A stretch of 64,000 nucleotides of DNA from Malacoraja senta. Its lineage: Eukaryota. Position 1 is the first letter of the stretch. Every line of letters begins with the position of its first letter. Of the stretch, positions 46,154 to 58,726 are shown piece by piece. Below the pieces are notes generated by a model. The model was not told the origin of the DNA, made no database searches, and worked only from the letters and a program-made list of their open reading frames with translations. The DNA is taken from NCBI GenBank assembly GCA_038087875.1, contig CM075993.1, positions 1,116,001 to 1,180,000 of the forward strand, given 5' to 3'. Both the position numbers and the translations under genes were made by a program.

Positions 46154-46346
46154 CTGTATCCAGGCCTTGTTTCAACTCCTTGATTTTGTTAGTTGATCCT
46201 GACTTCCTATAAATTCCCTCTGTATATAGGCCATGCATTTCAATGTAATTGATCAGCTTCTCCACCACAAGTGGTACTGTCCTCTCGTCGTTGGTTAGAC
46301 GAGAGACTTCCACTCCAAACTGCCGAGACGATAGCTCAGGTTCATA
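46154..46346 (-). CDS. MYO9A: MYO9A RhoGAP exon with the arginine finger
   Basis: YEPELSSRQFGVEVSRL...GLYTEGIYRKSGSTNKIKELKQGLDT; GIYRKSG catalytic motif; acacag| acceptor, |gtaagg donor. Confidence 0.96.
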
Positions 46347-47456
46347 CTGTGTAGAAGGAAAGGCAAGGGTCAGGCCATGTGGCAACCAAATGTGATGTTC
46401 AAATACTGTACCTTCAATGAACGTAATATGTGCAGTCCAGTGCAAAGCAAGCAGTTAATAAAGGGAAGACCAAACCTTTATCTGCAGTCTGTAGAATTAG
46501 TTGGTAGTGGAATTATAACTAGCCTCAACAACATAGATGGGGAAAAATAATGAGAATATGTATTTCCTCCTCTGCCAATGTATATGGGTGTGTTTACATT
46601 GGGTCAAACATGAACGACTGCCAATGCTCACCATCTAAAGAACAACAACATGGACAATGCACCAATGTACAGTTAGTCTCCCAGAATCAGTCATCGTGGG
46701 CAAGAGTGGAGAATATGGAAACAAAAATAGAAAATGATTGGAAGCATTTAAAAAGTCAAGCACTAACTGCAGGGAAAGAGAAGCAATATATCAGGGCAAA
46801 CATTGTTCATTAGAACACACATCAGCTGACATTGCTGGGAGTGGTGAAGCTGTATGAACGGAGCTTGGACAAATAATCCAGTCATTGAGTTTAAATCTCT
46901 CTGCAGCATTTGTGTAATTTAGTGGAGAAAAAGAGCTGAGAGCAAATAGAAACCTCTTGCATTCCAACTTACTGATCAAGCATAGCTTAGGTTAACGTCA
47001 AAGTCAGGGTGATCGGAACTGAACTCATCCTCCATCATCTTCCTGCTATTCACCCACTACAGGTAACTCACAGCCGTCAATTAACCTAACAAGAAACACA
47101 TCTTTGAAATGTTCACGTGCTCAGCTGGAGAACACTGAAACTCAAGGTCAAGATCTAATCTGGATCACTACCTGAGAAGGTGGAGAAGGCAGAAATTCTC
47201 ACAACATTTGAAAAGTATTTATATGAGCATTTAAACTGTCCTGGCAAATACAGATTAAGTGCTGTAGATGTGATTAGTATGTGTACATATTTGTTAGTTG
47301 GCACGCATATGGTGGGTTAAAGAACCTGTTTCAGTACTTTATGACTATGACTATCACGTAAGTGTGAACAATGATTACGGTTTAAAATGCAGACCTTATA
47401 TTCAGACGGCATACCATGAAAAGGTTTTGAAACTATGCCTACGCAAGACTTCCTAC

Positions 47457-47518
47457 CTTTTTAGAGCATTTGATGTTTGTTTTCAAACAGCACTTCCTAT
47501 GGCAAGCATACCGACACA
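47457..47518 (-). CDS. MYO9A: MYO9A C1 zinc-finger exon, second half
   Basis: (L)CRYACHRKCCLKTNIKCSKK; ttttccag| acceptor, |gtagga donor; 62 nt, phase 1/0. Confidence 0.94.
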
Positions 47519-48078
47519 CTGGAAAACAAAAGTACATAAGTGGGATAACTTATTCATTTGAACCTCTGAGAGATTTATACCAGTGCTTGTTTTGTACACA
47601 GAAGTCCCAGTACACATGATTAATAAGCATATGTATCAAGTGTTGGAAAACAGAATAATGACCTTTTTAGAGGTGCCAGTACAATGTACAGTTAGGCAAA
47701 AAAATAAGAATAAGTTAACTTGATACTCATTTGACAGACAAATATTTAAATAGCAATTCTAAAAGTCAAGATATGGTGAAATGTTGCATTCTTCCACACC
47801 CAACATCAATATGAATAAAATTGGCAGATTTAGAAATTAGAAAGTTACAAAATGATGGTAAAAAGTAGCGGGAGCATTTTTACCCATGTGATCATAGAAT
47901 ATGTTACTAGGCAAGGGCAGTCGGCCTCTGAAGTGGACATTGTGAATAGTTAAATGGATTTCAAAGAAGAGTTCAAGGGATCCGGTAAAACAGGAATCAA
48001 TTAAACAACAACACACTTGCTGTGACATAAAGCCTTCCCCCTTCCTTAAATCCTGCTGCAATATTGCTGGGAACTTAC

Positions 48079-48190
48079 GTTTGCACACACAGGCTCTCTC
48101 CATCATCCAGATGAGAGAGGAGCAGCACTCGCAATAAGTGGGAATACTGTACTGTGTTGATTTGAAAATGTGACCATTGTATTCCTCCAC
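48079..48190 (-). CDS. MYO9A: MYO9A C1 zinc-finger exon, first half
   Basis: VEEYNGHIFKSTQYSIPTYCECCSSLIWMMERACVCK; ttacag| acceptor, |gtaagt donor. Confidence 0.95.
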
Positions 48191-49702
48191 CTGTAAATAG
48201 ACAAACTTAGGTTGGTTCAATCATTCTTGTTTCACTATCGCCACTACAGATCCAAACAAACCTACAAAAACATCCTCACTTATTTTGTTCCATGAACGTA
48301 ACACAGAATTTAATAGCACGAATAAATCTGACAAGTAAAAACTTGTCTGTGAAACACCAGAACAAAAGCAACAGAGGAATCAACCGGCCAGCAGATGCAT
48401 TATGTTGAAACACTGAACTGCAGATGATGGCTAATACACAAAAGGACACAGAGTGTCGGAGTAACTCAACAGATCAGGCAGCCTTCAGTCTGAAAAAGGA
48501 TCTCGATCGGAAACGTCGCCTATCCACATTCTCCAGAGATGCTGCCTGGCCCGCTGAGTTATTCAGGCAATTTGTGTCCATTTAGGAGATGTATTATCCC
48601 TGCATCTACAAAGAGTGTTCTTTAAAAGAGTGTGGTTAATGCAAGGACTTAAACATATTCACATCAGATGAAAAGGTAGTCAGATAGAGTTGAGGAATAT
48701 TTTGGGATAAGCCTTTACATGTGGATGGTGCATTACATTCAAGTACGACCCAGGATAAGGCTACTAATGTCAGAAATATGAAGGGAAAAAGGGCTAAACA
48801 GCTGCAAGCGATAAAGCCCATAGACTGTGCCAAGGCGATACCTTGCACACTAACTATCAGTGATTGTTTTACAAGCAGAATGAGCTCAACTTTTCCTGAT
48901 GGATCATGATCAACTGACCTTTCTACCTCACAGAATGAGTCAACATTTCCAGAGATAGCAGCAAAATGGGGTTCACAGATTATGAAATGTCAGTGGCAAG
49001 CCGCAGGACACGGAGAAATGGATCGAAAATTGGTCTCTAAAGAAAGAAAAACAATTCAGCCTTCAACTGAGCCACTGGTATTTTCTGTCTAATTCCTGTG
49101 CGGAAATAGTGTGTTATGAGCACCAACAACTATTACCAAAGCAATTTGTGTTTGATTAATTGTCAAAAAACATATGCCTCCTTAAAAGCTAGAAAGTACT
49201 GGAGTGACTCAGTGGCTCAGGCAGCATCTCAGGAAAACATGGATAGATGACATTTCTGGTCAGGACACCTCTTCAGACAGATTGTAGTAGTGAGGTAAAA
49301 TCCAGGATAGGGGCAGGACAAATCTGGGTGAGTGATAGGTGGAGGAAGGAACTGCAGATGCTGGTTTACACTGAAGATCGACACAAAAAGCTGGAGTAAC
49401 TCAGCAGGTCAGGCTCTGGAGAAAACGAATAGGTGACGTTTTGAGTCAAGACCATTATTCAGACCTTTATAGGTGGATACAGGCTTTGACAAAATTCAGA
49501 GATGAAAACGTAAAAGGTAGTGAGAGAAAGAGATAAGAGGCCTGAAAGGCTTTGAGAGTAAGCATCTTACTCCTACATTCTCCTATAACAGCTCCTGCAT
49601 TCATGGAGAGAGGAATATCAATACAAATGGTCAATGCAGTGCTATGTCAGATAATAATGCTCAATTTCAGAATATAGATTAAATAACGCCCAAAATAGAA
49701 CA

Positions 49703-49980
49703 GGTCTGGGGGAGTTCCCCACGCCAAGGGTACCATGTAATCCCGTGCTACCTGCTCCATGGTCGGATAGTCGGCGACTAAACCGTCCACCTCACATGGT
49801 TTGCCAGGTGAGGAGGGGGCTGTGGACCCCCAGCAGGACCAAAAACAAGACCCGTCAAAGGGCGGATGAGCTCCTAGCGAGCCAACAGTCATCCACACTT
49901 CAGTAGAAGTTGCGATCACTGTCATACGCAGCATTGTAAGGCACCGTGCCCGTTGATGTTTTCAACGATGATGATGATGA
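49703..49980 (+). mobile_element. Short GC-rich retroposon with a (GAT)n tail, possibly RTE-related
   Basis: Abrupt GC/CpG-rich block ending in gatgatgatgatga; the family assignment is tentative. Confidence 0.45.
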
Positions 49981-50234
49981 AAGCGTCCTGGGAATAATGA
50001 AAACTGTGAGATAGGAAGTAATTCAGAGAAAGCTCAACCAACAGATGCCCTGATCAACACACTTATAGAAATGGTGTCAGCATCATTCACAATTAGAGGT
50101 GAGGGCAAGTGGGATGAAGAAATACAACTTGTCAATGCAGGAATTAGGTGCAGTTTAAAGATGTTGTAGGACATAAGATGTTGTCCTCTGAACCAAGCAC
50201 AGGACATGCATGACAGGAGAATCAGATAACTCAC

Positions 50235-50282
50235 AATGTCAGTTTCTTTTTTCCGTCTCTTTTTCCTTTCAGTTTTTTGCAT
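50235..50282 (-). CDS. MYO9A: MYO9A 48-nt basic exon
   Basis: MQKTERKKRRKKETDI; ttttcag| acceptor, |gtgagt donor. Confidence 0.92.
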
Positions 50283-51117
50283 CTGAAAAACAAATTTGAA
50301 TTTTGGACTGAGTGCGTAACAACATTTGTCTAAAATAATATTAAAAATATAAAGCCCTTGCCGTTACTGTTTACGGATATGGGCCGCATGCTGTAAACGG
50401 CACTCACTTAGATGATGCATCTTGGTTGGTATGGACAAGTTAGGCCAAAGGGCCCGGTTTCATGCTGTATGACTCTACCATACATGAATGATACGTATAC
50501 ATACTGTGCTACTAGAATGAACGCAAGACTAATTTTAAACACACAATTTGCTCTCCTTTCTGAATTTTGTGTCTTGAGGATCAAGCCAGTTTATCTGGCA
50601 TCTGCCAGCTCAGAAAACAAGTGTTTGCCAACTTGCAAGTATTGAAGAATGTCAGCTAAACTGAAACCTGCAGTCAACCAAGATCCACCGGGAAGATTAC
50701 TGGGGAAATCAGGGGCAGGATTTCCGGCACACATTCTAATATTTCTCCAATTGGTATCATTCACTTAGCATGAACACGAGGATGCAATGGCCCCCCATCC
50801 ATTACTTTACTAGGAAAGTAGTTGTTCTGGTCTCAGCTTCTTATGAAGTATCTCCCATGCTTTCTGTCCTCCACTGATGCCACATGTCACGTACACGCAC
50901 CATCAAGATGTTCACCTGCTAAGTTCCCTACCTTCCACGGTCTTTCCTTTCAAAGGAAATTTGAAAACCAAACTTAGTGTATTCTAAAAACATTACTTCT
51001 CCATTTTCCTTACTTTGTGTTTTCATTTCAAATCTGGGGCTTTGTAATGTGGACCTTTGATTCACCACTGAAATAAATGTCGTTCAGAGTAAAAACAAAA
51101 TGTTTGAAACATCTCAC

Positions 51118-51306
51118 CTTCCCAGTACCACTGTCCAGAATTTTGTGTTCTAACATGAACTCATCCAGGAACACCTTAAAGGTGTTGACCCACACTTTGA
51201 CAGGTGACTCATTCCAATCCCGTCGCTGCTGCCTCATTGTCTTCTCTAGGATCTGTTCAAACAGTGCGTACAGATCTTTGTACCGGATACTCTTCGCATC
51301 GTCCAT
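51118..51306 (-). CDS. MYO9A: MYO9A exon
   Basis: MDDAKSIRYKDLYALFEQILEKTMR...VWVNTFKVFLDEFM...GTGK; ctgcag| acceptor, |gtgaga donor. Confidence 0.94.
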
Positions 51307-51638
51307 CTGCAGCAGAAACAACATTACAACTAAACAAAGGAATGGGATGTCAAAGCACTCCATCATGAAATCACTCACAACATACACTTTATAAATCACT
51401 CCTGCACAGGGCAGAAGAACAAGTTGCTCCATCCTGGAACACTGATGAATCACTAATAGCTCATTTGTTTTTTTCCCCCCACAAAACAACCATTCAGAGA
51501 TAGGATTTCAGGCAGTTCCACTGAACTAATAAAGAAATGTTCATTCCAGAAAACTCAAGGGCCACAACAAAAACTACTCATTCACTTATTTCCTGCTACA
51601 TATCACACCCTATGAACAAGCCAAAAGCCTATACTCAC

Positions 51639-51755
51639 CGCTAAAGCTGTCGAATAAGAGTTAAAGATATTTAAACGGAATTCCTTCAGAGATTTCTTGA
51701 AAACTACATCCACAAATGTATCTTTCTTGCTGTCATCAGTGTCCAGGTCAGTGAT
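51639..51755 (-). CDS. MYO9A: MYO9A exon
   Basis: ITDLDTDDSKKDTFVDVVFKKSLKEFRLNIFNSYSTALA; ttgcag| acceptor, |gtgagt donor. Confidence 0.93.
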
Positions 51756-52190
51756 CTGCAAGTAGAATATTCTTCAGTATTGACGTGAGCAATGGTTAAC
51801 ATGAGAACATCCATATTTTATCAGAAGATTATACATGGTTGGAAAATTACATTTTCTGTATTGCAATTGTCTTCGTAGTATGTCTTCATAGTATGTACAG
51901 TAGTAGTACTATGGTACTATGATGCAAAGTAAAATGCACTGCCCATATAACATACCTCCTCCCCAACCCTTTACTTCTCCCAGCCCAATCTCAATCCATT
52001 ATGACTGTCCTGTAATTGTCCAAACTCATTTACAAATGCAGGACAATAAAAAAGCCTCCTGCCTTTTGTCTGGTCTAGATGGAAACTTGGATCCAGGGAC
52101 AAAAGATGCCATCCCACCTCACTGCACCAGCTCTGCCAATATTTCATTGCACAGATCTGAAGACTGGTGAACATATAGCTTCATATTTAC

Positions 52191-52420
52191 CTTCTTCTGC
52201 AGGAATTCATTCATACACTTGAAATCATTGGCACAGGTGATGATCTGTAAGGTGTCATGCTGCAACTGAAAGAGCTCCAGGCCTACATTGCTGATCTTCA
52301 CACTTCTCCTTCTCTTCACTTTGGGTGACGGTTCTCTGTTCTCTTTGAACTCTTTCCCTCGCTCTGTTCCTAAATCGGGACTTCGAGGAGGAGTTAGGTT
52401 CGGAGGTGAAGGAGCCTGAC
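52191..52420 (-). CDS. MYO9A: MYO9A tail exon
   Basis: QAPSPPNLTPPRSP...KEFKENREPSPKVKRRRSVKISNV...MNEFLQKK; cgcag| acceptor, |gtaaat donor; phase 1/0. Confidence 0.9.
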
Positions 52421-53282
52421 CTGCGTGAGTACAGCAAAGTTCAAAAGCATCACCAAACTCATCTCTGCAACAAACTCATTGTTTTCTTCTCATCAATCAT
52501 TCAATATTAGGTTACAATCCCAAGGATATATTCAGGGACTTTAGTCGACAAGAATATTGGATTTTTTTTTGCCTGTATTGATTGCACCAAGAGCTCCCAG
52601 TTTAAATTATGTAACTTTGCTGATCGCTTCAGTTTATTGTGCTAAGCAGAGGCCAAGTACATCCCCAGAGGAAAAAATAGGAAAAGCTCTAAACTTATTA
52701 AATAGTTCTACTTTTATTAAATTCCTCACCAAATGCATCACAGCGGGGATAGATATGCCCTTAATTCTGTTGTCATGCTTTACTATTGAAGACCCCAAAT
52801 AAGGACAGGAACAATGGGTTCATTATTGCTATATTTAGATTTTTCAATGCCCAACATTTGAACTGTTGTTCTCTTCAGCCTTCAGTTTTTGCCATTAATT
52901 ATATAAAGAAATCTCCATTTTCTTTTTGCAGTTCAATAAATCTTTCAAAATCAGTTGAACTTGAAGTCAAACTTTCACATTTTCCAAATTCAAAATAAAA
53001 TGCCACATTAATAGTCCCGATCAATTCTATATACCCGTTAAACCAAACATTGAGTTTATGTACATGTACCATACTCCTTTTCAAACTCACCTATGAGTAC
53101 AAGTATGTTATCCAGGAATATAAAATTCACTTCAAAGCAAGGAATTTGAGAATATTAATCACATAAAATTTAAACTTGTCACATGAATAGTCCATCTTGC
53201 TCATGCTCCATCATTCAATAAGATGGCTGAACTTCTACCTCAATGCTACCTTTCTACACTAACCTCAGAAACCTTGTCACTC

Positions 53283-53663
53283 TGTCAGAGTGAGGCCCAG
53301 TGCAAATTAGAGGAACAGCACCTCATGTTTCACTTAGGCAGCTAACATTGACTTCACTAACTTCAAGCAACCCTTGCTTTCCCTCTCTCTCCATCCCTCC
53401 CCCTGCCCAGTTCTCCGACCAGTCGTACTGTCTCTGTTTGCTTTGTTGTTATCTTCTCCCAGCGAACAATGATCTATTCTACATTTTTCTTGATCTCCAT
53501 TCGCTATGTCCTATTTTTTACACCTTACATTTCCTTATCTATGTATCTCTTTCTCCCCTGGCATCAGTCTGAAGAAGGGTTTCAACCCGAAACGTCGCCC
53601 ACTCCTTCTCACCAGAGATGCTGTCTGTCCCGCAGAGTTACTTGAGCATTTTGTGTCTATCTT
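53283..53663 (+). mobile_element. Penelope-like element 3' remnant: GIY-YIG C-terminus, CT-rich UTR and hammerhead-like core
   Basis: CQSEAQCKLEEQHLMFHLGS...NIDFTNFK resembles the end of PLE GIY-YIG endonucleases; it runs into ctgaagaagggtttcaacccgaaacgtc (53569-53596) and the common short-repeat tail. Confidence 0.75.
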
Positions 53664-55563
53664 CATGTACCTATCTAAATGTTTCATAAATTTTGTGATA
53701 GTATCTGCCTCAACTACCTCCTCTGGCAGCTTGTTCCATACACTTACCACCCTTTATGTAAAAAAAATTGGCCCTCGAATTCCTTTAAAATCTTTCCCCC
53801 TGCAATGTGAACATTCCTAATAAATTAACCATTTGGGTTCAATTAGTCTGAAAATGCACACTAAATTATAGTTCAAAGTGAGAATGCATTTGACTAAGTA
53901 GCCTGAAATCTGACATTGCAGTGCTTTCATTCAGAGTGAGTACATCCTCCATCACATTGCAACCTGCCCCGTGGTATTGCCAACTTACATAACTTTTTAA
54001 AAATAAGACTGTACTTTATTTCATTCCTTCCCTTTGATTTTATACTTCCTTGGGGATGTACTGTAGCATTAATTAACTTTCTAAGATTAACTTTTAAATT
54101 CAAATTAAGAGCTGAGCATGCAAATTGTGCCCTGAGGTTGGCAGATTGTCTGAGGCTTAAAAGGCACATTAAATCTATTAAAGGCACCATGTTACAGACA
54201 TTAAAGGAGTCTAAGATTCTGTTAACTCCTGGCCCAGATGGGATGAAAGGCATTTTGTTTGAATATTGAGACGATATATGGCCAAATCAAGTTGACCGGG
54301 CTTGTGCCCTTCTCTTCAAAGTGCTGCAAGTTTGTGGTGTTGCAGGGCATCTATCATTCCAGCTAGAGCCAACAGTGAAGCCTAATCACGCCTTACACTG
54401 CACAATCAATCTTCAGATCCTATGCCCATCAGACCTGGCATTAGAACAGCAATTCAATTCAAATGGGGATTCCCAGCCTGTAGATTAGTTAAAGGTACGC
54501 CTGGTTATATTTCTCATTTATTTTAGTTATTCCCAAGTGTTTTGTATTTAGTACTTTTTATTTTTAAACTTTTAATTTTAATTTTTTAAATAGTCTTGGT
54601 TTTTAAATGTTGCTGCACATCAATCACATGAAATTGTTTAACAAAACAACGTTCCATCCCTAGCCTTTCCCTTGTCATTTGCGGGGTTCAGACACCTTGC
54701 TATGCCTCCCAGATGTAGAGGATCAGCTCATTCAGACTTCCTCGTCCAGCCCAACTTAGTGGAAGGCAGGTTGAATGCAACTCGATTCTACCATATGAAT
54801 GAATACGTTTATTGGCCAAGTATTCACATACAAGGAATTTGCCTTGGTGCAGCAGTACACCGTGGCAGCCATCGTCGGCGCCAGCAGCAGCAGCTACAGT
54901 TTAAGGTGAGAATGGGGTTTGAACCATATAATTGTGGTTCAAATTTTGAGTGAGATGATTGAGTTGAAGTTTTGTTACATGATGAATGTATAATCAATGG
55001 GTTCATGACACTCCTTCCAATACGATCTAGCTGTCAATTTCAGGCAACAAGATCGTCATTGTGCTTCCAATCTTCACTAAGTTTCATGAAATAAAAAAAG
55101 AACTTTAAATATAAACCACATTTGCCTCACGGTGAATAAATACAGAACACTATCAGTCACAGGAAAATACAATCTTAAGGAAAAAAATTGATTAACACTC
55201 CATATATAGTCTCCGAGTGTGAATGTAGGCAGCTGAAGATATCAAAAGCTTCAGCAACCAAAGATGGGATAATAATCCTTAATATTGTAGGCAGAATTTT
55301 CCAAATGAGTTTGTAACAAATCTGTATGGTACTGTAAAGGAAACAGGTTAAACCAGTGCCCTGGCCAATGCTTTTCCAAACACCACCAAACATGTAAATT
55401 ATATTAATAACACTTCTTTGTGAAAGTGCTACATGTAAACAAAAATTGCTTCTGCGATGTGTAGCAATAATCATATAGGAAGAATCGTGAAGGATTTCTG
55501 TAAAACACCAAGTATTTGATAAATGGTAACTACTGTTTTAAATGAGTTATTTATTTATTTTAC

Positions 55564-55769
55564 CTTTCAACATACTGTCTTTTCCTTCCGGTAGTGGTAG
55601 ACTGAGTGATTTCCCACTTGGTTTAACCTCTTGGTGCCATGGTGGTGCCTGTATGTCCTGATCCATACTCAGTTCCTGGAGTTCTGACTGAGTAGCCAGC
55701 TTCTCCCTTGACAATTTCTTTTCTCCCTGTTTTTTATTTCCCCAGAATTTCATTCGACCCTTCAGAGCT
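55564..55769 (-). CDS. MYO9A: MYO9A tail exon
   Basis: ALKGRMKFWGNKKQGEKK...DSMLK; atgtag| acceptor, |gtaaaa donor; phase 2/1. Confidence 0.85.
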
Positions 55770-56944
55770 CTACATTTAGAAATCAAAGGTCAGAAAAACA
55801 TACATTGGTGAATTTAGATTAAAAAAAGACACTTACAGTAAACTCCAACCAGGAATGAATTGTTGAAAACAAGGAACCTCAGATGCTGGTTTACAGAAAA
55901 AGACAAAGTGCTGAAGTAATTCAGCGGGTCAGGCAACATCTCCAGAGAACATGGATAGGTGACGTTTCTGACTGAAGCAGGGACCCCGACACAAAATGTC
56001 ACCTATCCACATTCTTCAGAGATGCTACCTGACCCACTGAGTTACACCAACGCATTGTGTCTTTTATGCTAAATTATTTGTTATTCATTTCAGTCATGAT
56101 TTTCAGCTTCCTTACAAACTTATACTTGAAAAGCAGGTCATGGCTGCAGATCATAAATACTCCAGTGATCAGCTGGAGGCATCAAAATATTGGCAGCGGT
56201 TTGAATCAATGCTGCTGTTTTTTCAGAAACCCTTTTATATAACACTGAATCTTTGGAAATGTGAGCCTAAAAGTTTTAGGTAACCAGAATTTTAAGTAAA
56301 CACTAGAACAAGTGCAGACCCGCTGGGTCTGTTCCCCCAACGCACGGTTGGGTGGAAGTTTTCAGCAGTCCAATTCAAACTTTGAGCGACAACTAATTGG
56401 AAACTAAGTGCGGAGCACAACTCACGATTCATTAACCAAAATAGGTAGAAAATCAGAGGGAAAAAAATGCAACTCATCGTGCGTTTTGGTCACCTGAATC
56501 TTAAAAGTTCTGGACTGAAACACGTACGAGTACACATTTTGCCTCCAGATGACATGGCAGAAAATTTAAAACTCAGCACATTTTCTTTTTTTCTTAACTT
56601 AACTATTAGAAATAATAGATCTAATTTGCTGTGGCTACAGATTGAATATATTTGCAATTTGTTCAGCCTTGAATCACTATTACAAGAACACGTACAACTA
56701 ATGACAATGTCTGGTTCCACTCTGCAGCAGACTGAAGGATGACCTGAAGCACTTCAAATCTGAAGAAGGGTCTTGACCCGAAACGTCACCCATTCCTTCT
56801 CTCCAGACGCTGCCTGTCCCACTGAGTTACTCCAGCATTTTGTGTCAATCTTCGGTTTAAACCAGCATCTGCAGTTCCTTCCTACACACTTCAAATCTTG
56901 CCCAATTAGCACCAATGTGAAATAAACACTCTCATCTTTTTCAC

Positions 56945-57051
56945 CTTCCATCTGGGACGTTACTTTTCCGAATAGAGTCCGATCTACCCAATTCATCTTG
57001 AGACTGCGCTTTGTGCAGTTTCTTCTGCTCTTCCTTTTTAGTAGATTGCAT
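56945..57051 (-). CDS. MYO9A: MYO9A tail exon (absent from the ORF track)
   Basis: MQSTKKEEQKKLHKAQSQDELGRSDSIRKSNVPDG; ttgcag| acceptor, |gtgaaa donor; phase 0/2 links the flanking exons. Confidence 0.85.
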
Positions 57052-58505
57052 CTGCAAACACAGAATAGAAACTAGCACTATTGAGATTATTGACCATATT
57101 TGCCTACCATTAATTTGGTAGTTTACTGTTTAAAAAAGAAAATCTTTTTTGTTTGTTTGCAGAATTCTACATTTAAAATGCATTTTGGTCACTGGAAACA
57201 TATAAATGAATATCAATTCAAAGACCACATACTTTAAAACTGAATAAAAGCAGGGGACTGATGATCAGGGAATTGAATCCTTAGAATACAAATCTGAAAT
57301 GTGACTTTATATGATTCAACTGGTAAGCACTTTATTATAAAGAACCTTGTGGCCAAATAAAAGGCTCATCACTTCTGATAAGTCAGCTTATCTTCAAATT
57401 TCGAAAGTTAGCACACATCACGTCCACCTTGAGACTAAGAAAGCTTCACACAAATTGAAAATAAGTAATGAGGGGTAAAGTTTCTGGGCACTTACAGAAC
57501 CTGAAGGTTGGTCTACTCATGGATGGAAAATGAGTCCTGCTCAAATGCCAAATGTTCATCTTGGCAAAGTTAAATATTGCTCCTTTATTAGATGTATTAC
57601 TAAGAGACCACTGACACATCCAAAATGGAAAAAAACTTCAAGTTTTGATGCAATTGTTAACCATGGTTTTGTTTATGGGTTTAGTACAAATATGATACAT
57701 TTTGTGAAAAGTGGAGGGTAAACTTCAAGGAATATTTCTGATAAGCTAAATCAAATAAGGTTCCTGCATTGAACAAGACTGAGTGCACTGAAATACTTCT
57801 TCACTCAAAGTTTCCACAGCGTGTTGGAATGAATGTAAATGAATAATGGGTGATGGAAAGAGTTCAGCTTGTGAATTTTGAAAGTTCGACAAACCAAACA
57901 TGAAAAACTGCACTGTAACCTGCCAAATTTGACCACCGGCCACCATACATTTATATAAAGTGAATGGAAAATGTATCTTCCAGATGGAAGCATCATGCAA
58001 GAATGAAAATTACTGAATTATTGGAAGACAGTTTCATCTTTAATGTTGAAGAAGTCACCGTGGGCTTCAACTGAGACTAACTTCCAGTAGGATTGAAACC
58101 TTAAGCTGCTAAATGAACTTGCATTAGCTAGTTGTGTAGATTACCAACATTTGTTACTTTGTACAGAATAATACATTCCCAAATTATAAAGCATTTTGTA
58201 AATCAATATTTAATATATTGAGGTGAAAGGAACAGAAACAAATTGAAATAAAAAGGTATTGTCTTTTGGCAAGAAAATGAGTGGCTGAGGGATTAAGATA
58301 ACTCAGTGAACACTGCACTATCCAAATGACACAGTTCTGTATCAAGCTGACACATTACAGCTCAAGCTATCTTATTGACTCTATTACTGACTCCGTGACC
58401 TCAATCTATTTGGGGGAGTGGGGATAAAACAACCAAGGCCATATCCCCTGACCAAGGCGTCAAGGGATATGAGGAGAAGGCAGGAACGGGGTACTGATTG
58501 GGGAT

Positions 58506-58726
58506 GGTACACAAAAATGCTGGAGAAACTCAGCGGGTGCAGCAGCATCTATGGAGCGAAGGAAATAGGCAACGTTTCGGGCCGAAACCCTTCTTCAGTC
58601 TGAAGAAGGGTTTCGGCCCGAAACGTTGCCTATTTCCTTCGCTCCATAGATGCTGCTGCACCCGCTGAGTTTCTCCAGCATTTTTGTGTACCTTCGATTT
58701 TCCAGCATCTGCAGTTCCTTCTTTAA
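58506..58726. mobile_element. Palindromic Penelope-derived short element inserted in a CR1 tail
   Basis: Perfect 93-bp inverted arms (58506-58598 and 58600-58692); 14-15 bp TSD tactgatt(g/a)gggat at 58492 and 58727. Confidence 0.85.

Noticed and set aside
57498-57502. cag|GTTCT|gtaagt 5-nt pseudo-exon on the - strand
   Set aside because: It would shift the frame, has a poor pyrimidine tract and has no other support.
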